This document shows positions 58,905 to 64,000 of a stretch of DNA of 64,000 nt, in pieces. The notes under the pieces were generated by a model, which searched no databases, was not told where the DNA came from, and worked only from the letters and a program-made list of their open reading frames with translations. A program made the position numbers and the translations under genes. Location of the stretch: assembly GCA_965226495.1 (NCBI GenBank), contig OZ245365.1:5792001-5856000 (forward strand). The letters are read 5' to 3'. Position 1 is the first letter of the stretch. The number at the start of each line of letters is the position of its first letter. The stretch comes from Candidatus Marinacidobacterales bacterium. GTDB lineage: Bacteria > Acidobacteriota > Vicinamibacteria > Marinacidobacterales > DATDRI01.

Positions 58905-60647
58905 ATGATGGAAGGATCGAAAATGTCGATGCGGGGAGCCTTCGTTGTCGCGATTGTCTCCTATGTGCTTTTTTGCCTCTTCTGGTTCGATACCGGCGTC
59001 AAAGAGATCCTTTCCTTCCTACCTGCGTTCCTTCGGTCTCCTGTGATCCCGGCCGTGGTTTTCGCAATCGCACTCGGGGTTCTCTTGCGCCAGAAGGGTT
59101 TCCCCAAGCTCTTCAAAGAGAAAGCGGACAATCGCCTCGCGGTTTTGTTCTTTGTACTGAGCCTGATCACTCGCATCCCGCTCCTCGTCGGGGCTTACGG
59201 AATCCCTAGCTCGGACGCCGCGGTCCACGGCGTGATGGCTCTGCACATCCTCGAGGGGAAACACCATCCTGTGTTCAGTTATGCCGAATCCTATGACGGA
59301 AGCCTGAAGGCGCATCTTACGGCGCTCCTCACGATGCTGAGCGGGGACCCGGTGGTGAGCTTCACTGCGGCGGGCATCCTTCTTTATGGCGGATTCGTCG
59401 TCGCGCTCTATGCGCTTGCCCGAACCGTGCTGACCCGGGGTGAGTCGGCGTTCGCCGCGGCCTACGCGATTTTGTCTCCCGGATTTCTCACTGCCTGGGG
59501 CGTGAAGGCCGACGGCAGTTACGTCGAGGTGCTCTTTTTCGGCACGGCGCTTTTGGCTGTTGGTGCGCGCCTTTTGGGAGATCCGAATGACCGGGCTCGT
59601 CGGCGGGCGTTCTGGATGGGTGTCCTGGGAGGTCTCGCCCTGTGGGCCCACATCCTTTCCACGTACTACTTGTTGGTGGCTCTTATCGTCTTGGTTGCCG
59701 CGGATTGGACTCGCAAGAGTTTCGAGCGCTTGGCGCTATTTCTGGTCGGTTTTCTCTTGGGGAACCTCCCTCTCTTTCTCTGGAACCTCACGCGTTACGG
59801 ACAAAGCTACCGCTGGTGGACCCAGGACGAGTCCACTCTCGCCGAACGTGTCGTTCGAACGGCGAACCAGATTCAGGCGGTCGCCGTCGAATCTCTTCCC
59901 GTACTGGCTGGCTGGTGGCCGATGGATTTCCCGACGCACCCGGCAATGGCATTCATCCTGGGAGTCGCCCTCATGGTGATCTTTCCCGCCGCCTTCTGCG
60001 GGTTCATCTTCCAGAAGCGGGACCGTCTGCGGGAGGTGGCGCGGGCCCGGTTGACTCCAGAGAGCATGCTCGTCGTCTTTGCGATGCTCGTCGTAGCCGT
60101 CTTCGCGCAGAGTGCGTTCGGTTGGCTCACCAAAGAGCCGCGCTACCTCATTTTTCTATTTTCGGTTATTCCCATTTTCCTAGCGTCGTCTCTGGCAGGT
60201 CTGGCAGGCATGAGAAGATACTCGCGTTGGGCGGCGGGCCTAGTGGCGGGCCTCGTTCTGGCCCTCAATATTTACGGCAGCGGGCTCTACAGCGTGCGGG
60301 CCCTCGAGAGCGCTGCCGCAAATCGCGAGTTCGTTCGGGAGCTCGAGGAGCTTGGGGTGCGGTACGCGTATACCGATTTCTACATCTCTTATAAATACAT
60401 TTTTCTCTCCCATGGCCGGTTGTTGATGACTTCGGAGCTCGGTCCCGAGCAGACCGAACGCTACCCACCGTATCGTGACGAGATGGCGAAGGCGGAAAAC
60501 GTGGCTCTCATCCCCCGAAGCTTCCGCATGGCAGAGCGTATCGGCCGGCGTCTCGATGCCCAGGGCGTGACCTACCGGCGCGAGGATCTCCTCTATCCGG
60601 TTATTTATGATTTGAGCGAGCCGGTCCGGCTCGAGTGGCTGCGCTAA
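58905..60647 (+). CDS. Polytopic membrane glycosyltransferase (GT-C / ArnT-PMT-like)
   Basis: Many TMs; SDAAVHGVMALHI..G..PVFSY..SYDGSL loop; EPRY motif. Confidence 0.75.
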   Translation: MMEGSKMSMRGAFVVAIVSYVLFCLFWFDTGVKEILSFLPAFLRSPVIPAVVFAIALGVLLRQKGFPKLFKEKADNRLAVLFFVLSLITRIPLLVGAYGIPSSDAAVHGVMALHILEGKHHPVFSYAESYDGSLKAHLTALLTMLSGDPVVSFTAAGILLYGGFVVALYALARTVLTRGESAFAAAYAILSPGFLTAWGVKADGSYVEVLFFGTALLAVGARLLGDPNDRARRRAFWMGVLGGLALWAHILSTYYLLVALIVLVAADWTRKSFERLALFLVGFLLGNLPLFLWNLTRYGQSYRWWTQDESTLAERVVRTANQIQAVAVESLPVLAGWWPMDFPTHPAMAFILGVALMVIFPAAFCGFIFQKRDRLREVARARLTPESMLVVFAMLVVAVFAQSAFGWLTKEPRYLIFLFSVIPIFLASSLAGLAGMRRYSRWAAGLVAGLVLALNIYGSGLYSVRALESAAANREFVRELEELGVRYAYTDFYISYKYIFLSHGRLLMTSELGPEQTERYPPYRDEMAKAENVALIPRSFRMAERIGRRLDAQGVTYRREDLLYPVIYDLSEPVRLEWLR

Positions 60648-60664
60648 TGGATGCTCTTGTTCCG

Positions 60665-60782
60665 TTACTTCCTCTCCCTCTGGGGACCGAGGCCGTCAAA
60701 ATACGCTGTGCCAAAGAGAAGGTGGCCAGACGGCGGGTGAGGGATACTCGAGCTTACTCCCTCTCCCTCTGGGAGAGGGCCG
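60665..60782. repeat. Tandem BoxC-type repeats, the first with an inserted cassette
   Basis: CCTCTCCCTCTGGG-[GGCCGTCAAAATACG...CCAGACGGC]-GGGTGAGGG, then CCCTCTCCCTCTGGGAGAGGGCCG. Confidence 0.82.
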
Positions 60783-60783
60783 A

Positions 60784-61194
60784 CTAGGTGGCCCGGCCGT
60801 GCAGTACCGACCGGATGTCTGCGAGGCGATACAACTTTCCTTTGCCGGCACCGTGGCACGTTTCCTTCACCGCGTTCCATGTTTCGGGCGATTCGAGGTT
60901 TTCCGGCCAGAACGGGAACGTGCGGCATTGTCGTGGCCGGACCGGATAGATCGTGCAGCCGCCATCCCAAAAGATGCAGTCTCCGTTCCGACGGATGCGC
61001 AGGCTCGGCGCTCCGTCGAGGTCTTTGAGCATGTATTTATTTCGGAACTTGCTGAGGGAAAGTTTGAGCCAGCCGGCGATGCGCTTGACCTCGGGTCGGC
61101 TCGGATAGACGCCACCGGCCTGCGCGCCTCGACAACAGTTGTGACACTGCTGGCAGTCAAAACGAAGTCCGCCTTGGTAGAAAGGCTCGGCCAT
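60784..61194 (-). CDS. YkgJ family cysteine cluster (CxxCxxCC) protein
   Basis: FDCQQCHNCCRG, CIFW..GCTIYPVRPRQCRTFPFW. Confidence 0.9.
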   Translation of the reverse strand: MAEPFYQGGLRFDCQQCHNCCRGAQAGGVYPSRPEVKRIAGWLKLSLSKFRNKYMLKDLDGAPSLRIRRNGDCIFWDGGCTIYPVRPRQCRTFPFWPENLESPETWNAVKETCHGAGKGKLYRLADIRSVLHGRAT

Positions 61195-61252
61195 GTTTTC
61201 GGTGACAATACCACACTCCTAAGGTCCTGGGTATAATCGCCGCTCTGAAAGC

Positions 61253-63832
61253 ATGATCAGCTATCTTCGGGCGACACTCGTAACCGCTTCCATTTTCGCG
61301 GCGTTTGGTTTCTCTCGATACCTGGACGGGTTCATTCGAGTGTTCCTCCGCCAGCAGACCGGCGAATCGTTCCTCACCGCGTCGGCCAGGAATCTTCGTG
61401 CCGGAGAGGCCATCGGAGACGTCCTGACGGTGATGAGTTTTGGGCTCTTCCTCTGGCTGGCGATCTCGTTCCTTGTCGCCTGGCTCTGCGAACGGCCGAT
61501 GAGTGAACTGCTAATCCGGATCGGCCGCTCGATGGCACCTCTTCTGCTCCCGGCCGGGCTGACATTCGTTTCCTGTCTGTCACTCATCCTTTCGCCGCAG
61601 TTCCCCTTCGGTTTGAACTTCATTTTGACGCTTAGCTACGAAGGCTCCTTCGCCTCCGTGCTTACATGGGCTCTCTTGGCTTTGTCTCTCGCCGTTACGA
61701 TCTGGCATCTCGCCGATCCCCGACCGTCACTCGCTTTCCTGATCATGACCGGTCGACACGATCGTCGTTGGCGGCTCGGCGGTGCTGCGATCGTGGTTCT
61801 CGCGATGACCATCTTTGCGTTGGCCACTCCGCCCTGGCTTTGGAAGGACGGTGAAGGTCAAGGGAACATGTTCAAGTACCTACGCATGGCGGCGGCCATT
61901 TCTTCGTCGGGAACGTTGGACATCGCGAGGGCGGAAGGGGCCGCCGAAAGTGCAAGCTTCCCAGGATTCCTCTCACGACTTCCCGAGATCGCTTCGCGAT
62001 GGGTGGGCGAAACGTCCGAGCTTGGGGGAGCGTTCGTCAGCTCCGCGAGCAAAGGAAAGCTCTACGTCGGAGAAGTCGTCGCAACACGGGCCAACCGTTC
62101 GATGTTTCGAAGCCCAAACGGAGGGATTTATTACATCAACGCCCCCGGGCCGGGGCTCCTCTTGGTCCCGCCCTACTTGCTGGATCGAGCGTTGAATCGA
62201 TGGCTGGGGTGGGACCGTCAAGTCGCGGCCATTCTCTTTTGGAACCTCCTCGGTGCAATGTTGGTCTTGGAGATCTTCCGAGCCGCCCGCGAGGTGGATG
62301 TGGGGTGGGGGGCGGCCTTTGTTGCCGCCTTCGTCCTCGCGGTGTCGCCCCCGCTCCTTCTTTATACGTACCAAATCTATCCAGAGCTTCCCGCCGCACT
62401 TCTCTTGCTGTATGCATTTCGACGGCTTTTCATCGAGCCGGCGCCGAGCGGAAACGGGTTGTTGTTTGGTGCGATGGCGCTCGCCTTCTTGCCTTGGCTT
62501 CACCAAAAGTACTCGCTCACCGCCGCGATCATGGGCGTTTTCATCGCCTGGCGGATTTTCGGCTCGGCACCGAGCCGGTCGGAGCGCATCGTCCGTTGGG
62601 GTCTTCTCTTTGCGCCTCTCATTGTTTCTGCGCTTTCGATCTCGGTCTATAACCACGCGTTGACAGGAAGCATTCTTCCCGATGCGACGTTCCGGGCGGC
62701 AGGACGAACGTCCTTCGAGCCGGGTAACGTGCTTTCCGGCCTTCTAGGCCTCTTCCTCGATAGGGAGAACGGGCTCTTCATTTACGCCCCCATTTATGCG
62801 CTCGCGCTCGCCGGGCTAGGGCGACTGGCGTTCCGCTACCGCGAGATCCGTTTCTATCTGGCGGTGGTGGTCTTGTCCTACGTTTTCGTGATCGCGTCCT
62901 TTCCTCACTGGCCTGGGGCGGTGAGCTCTGTCGCCCGCTACATTCTTAGTGTCACTCCGTTGGCCGCGCTGCCTCTAGTCTTCGTGCTACGAAGAAGCTC
63001 TTCCGATGGCATCCTTGCCGGTGTGGCCATGGTGCTTTTTGCGGCGACCATGTCATTTACGGTTGTTTTTCAGAAGGACATCGTTGCTAGTCATCTCACC
63101 AAGCTACTACTCGACAAGGCGCTCTTTAGCGATCCCTACCAATACTTGCCTACCTTCTTGAGCGAAGGGCTGGTGGGATCGGGTCCGGCTCACTTCTACA
63201 AGCTCGGTGCATTGGTTGTCTTGCTGGTTCTCTTGGTCTACACGCTCTCACCTCGCGTTGAGCAAGAAGTGCTCGAGAGTGAACGCGATCGCGATGCGAC
63301 GCTTTTTCCCAGGAGAGTGACGCTCGGTGCTGCCGCCGCGGTCGGAGCTCTCGTGGTCGTGGCGGGAGTTTTGGAACGCCTGCCCTCGAATGCCACGACC
63401 AAGACCGGCCCCGTCTTCAACGACACCCACGCGATCCGCCGCGCCGCACAAACGGCCAAGTTCTGGACGGAGGGCCGCTACGGATTCGAGAACCGAGGTG
63501 TTTGGGTTCCCGGCGGCGAAGAGACACAGTTTTTCGTGCAAGCGGACCATCCCATCGAAAGGCTTCAACTAATCCTCACGAATACGCCAAGCGAGAACCG
63601 AGTGCAGATCAAGCAACGGGGTGCCGATCCTTTGGACAAACTGCTTACGTCCTCCGCCCGCGAGGCAATTGTATTGTCTCTCCGTCGGCCGCAGGAGTTC
63701 CGAGGGCCTTCCGGAAACCAGTGGGTCTACGAGATCACCGTCCGCTCGCGAGGAAGCTACGTTCCTCGTCGGGAGGGGACGGGAGAGGATCCACGACCGC
63801 TTGGATGCTTTGTAGTTCTTTCTGCTATGTAA
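61253..63832 (+). CDS. Large polytopic membrane protein, possible GT-C glycosyltransferase
   Basis: More than 12 hydrophobic segments; YPELPAALL, PWLHQKY, GLFLDRENGLFIYAP, ARY motifs; soluble C-terminal domain. Confidence 0.7.
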   Translation: MISYLRATLVTASIFAAFGFSRYLDGFIRVFLRQQTGESFLTASARNLRAGEAIGDVLTVMSFGLFLWLAISFLVAWLCERPMSELLIRIGRSMAPLLLPAGLTFVSCLSLILSPQFPFGLNFILTLSYEGSFASVLTWALLALSLAVTIWHLADPRPSLAFLIMTGRHDRRWRLGGAAIVVLAMTIFALATPPWLWKDGEGQGNMFKYLRMAAAISSSGTLDIARAEGAAESASFPGFLSRLPEIASRWVGETSELGGAFVSSASKGKLYVGEVVATRANRSMFRSPNGGIYYINAPGPGLLLVPPYLLDRALNRWLGWDRQVAAILFWNLLGAMLVLEIFRAAREVDVGWGAAFVAAFVLAVSPPLLLYTYQIYPELPAALLLLYAFRRLFIEPAPSGNGLLFGAMALAFLPWLHQKYSLTAAIMGVFIAWRIFGSAPSRSERIVRWGLLFAPLIVSALSISVYNHALTGSILPDATFRAAGRTSFEPGNVLSGLLGLFLDRENGLFIYAPIYALALAGLGRLAFRYREIRFYLAVVVLSYVFVIASFPHWPGAVSSVARYILSVTPLAALPLVFVLRRSSSDGILAGVAMVLFAATMSFTVVFQKDIVASHLTKLLLDKALFSDPYQYLPTFLSEGLVGSGPAHFYKLGALVVLLVLLVYTLSPRVEQEVLESERDRDATLFPRRVTLGAAAAVGALVVVAGVLERLPSNATTKTGPVFNDTHAIRRAAQTAKFWTEGRYGFENRGVWVPGGEETQFFVQADHPIERLQLILTNTPSENRVQIKQRGADPLDKLLTSSAREAIVLSLRRPQEFRGPSGNQWVYEITVRSRGSYVPRREGTGEDPRPLGCFVVLSAM

Positions 63833-63913
63833 TTCTTTCCCTCTTCATGGACCCGTAAGAAGCTATTTCTCTTTAAATTACTAATTTTAATAGACTTATA
63901 CATTTGCGGGATA

Positions 63914-63930
63914 TTGGCACACACCTTGTA
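63914..63930 (+). promoter_or_regulatory. Putative sigma54 promoter for a gene beyond the window
   Basis: TTGGCACA-CACC-TTGTA preceded by an AT-rich IHF-like tract (63870-63900). Confidence 0.5.
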
Positions 63931-64000
63931 TTGCATGGTAGCGGGAGTCGGGGGATTGAAGTGGAAATCGGCACCCGGATCCGGTCATAGGAACCCCTCA

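Noticed and set aside
63935-64000. Possible tRNA at the window end
   Set aside because: No T-loop or D-loop consensus and no cloverleaf.

Overview
A gene-dense, moderately GC-rich bacterial chromosomal segment. GWxTD proteins, an Oar-like TonB-dependent receptor, a CRTAC1/ASPIC protein and an ECF/zf-HC2 pair suggest Acidobacteriota (inference). Housekeeping blocks: rdgB-rph-GerMN-amidase, hslVU, transaldolase, acyl-CoA carboxylase, tamB-bamA/tamA-surA-like, ino1, ggt. It also holds glycosyltransferases, a cysM/JAMM/Ubl-E1 sulfur-carrier operon, an alternative sigma-70 factor and an SBP-HK-NtrC module. I saw no CRISPR array, rRNA, tRNA, prophage or autonomous transposase. Best observations: (1) a selenoprotein missed by the ORF track (AhpD-like, CHYU motif, in-frame TGA followed by an fdhF-type SECIS); (2) a GT2 whose motifs match those I recall for the eukaryotic queuosine-tRNA galactosyltransferase QTGAL/B3GNTL1; (3) a CysO-like ubiquitin-fold carrier fused through an internal GG to its E1-rhodanese, next to a JAMM protease; (4) BoxC/triplex-type repeats with related inserted cassettes; (5) a 168-bp palindromic MITE-like element with strand-specific G-U pairing; (6) a probable sigma54-to-sigma70 cascade. 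The breaks in the TonB receptor look like consensus errors, so single-base details should be checked against reads.
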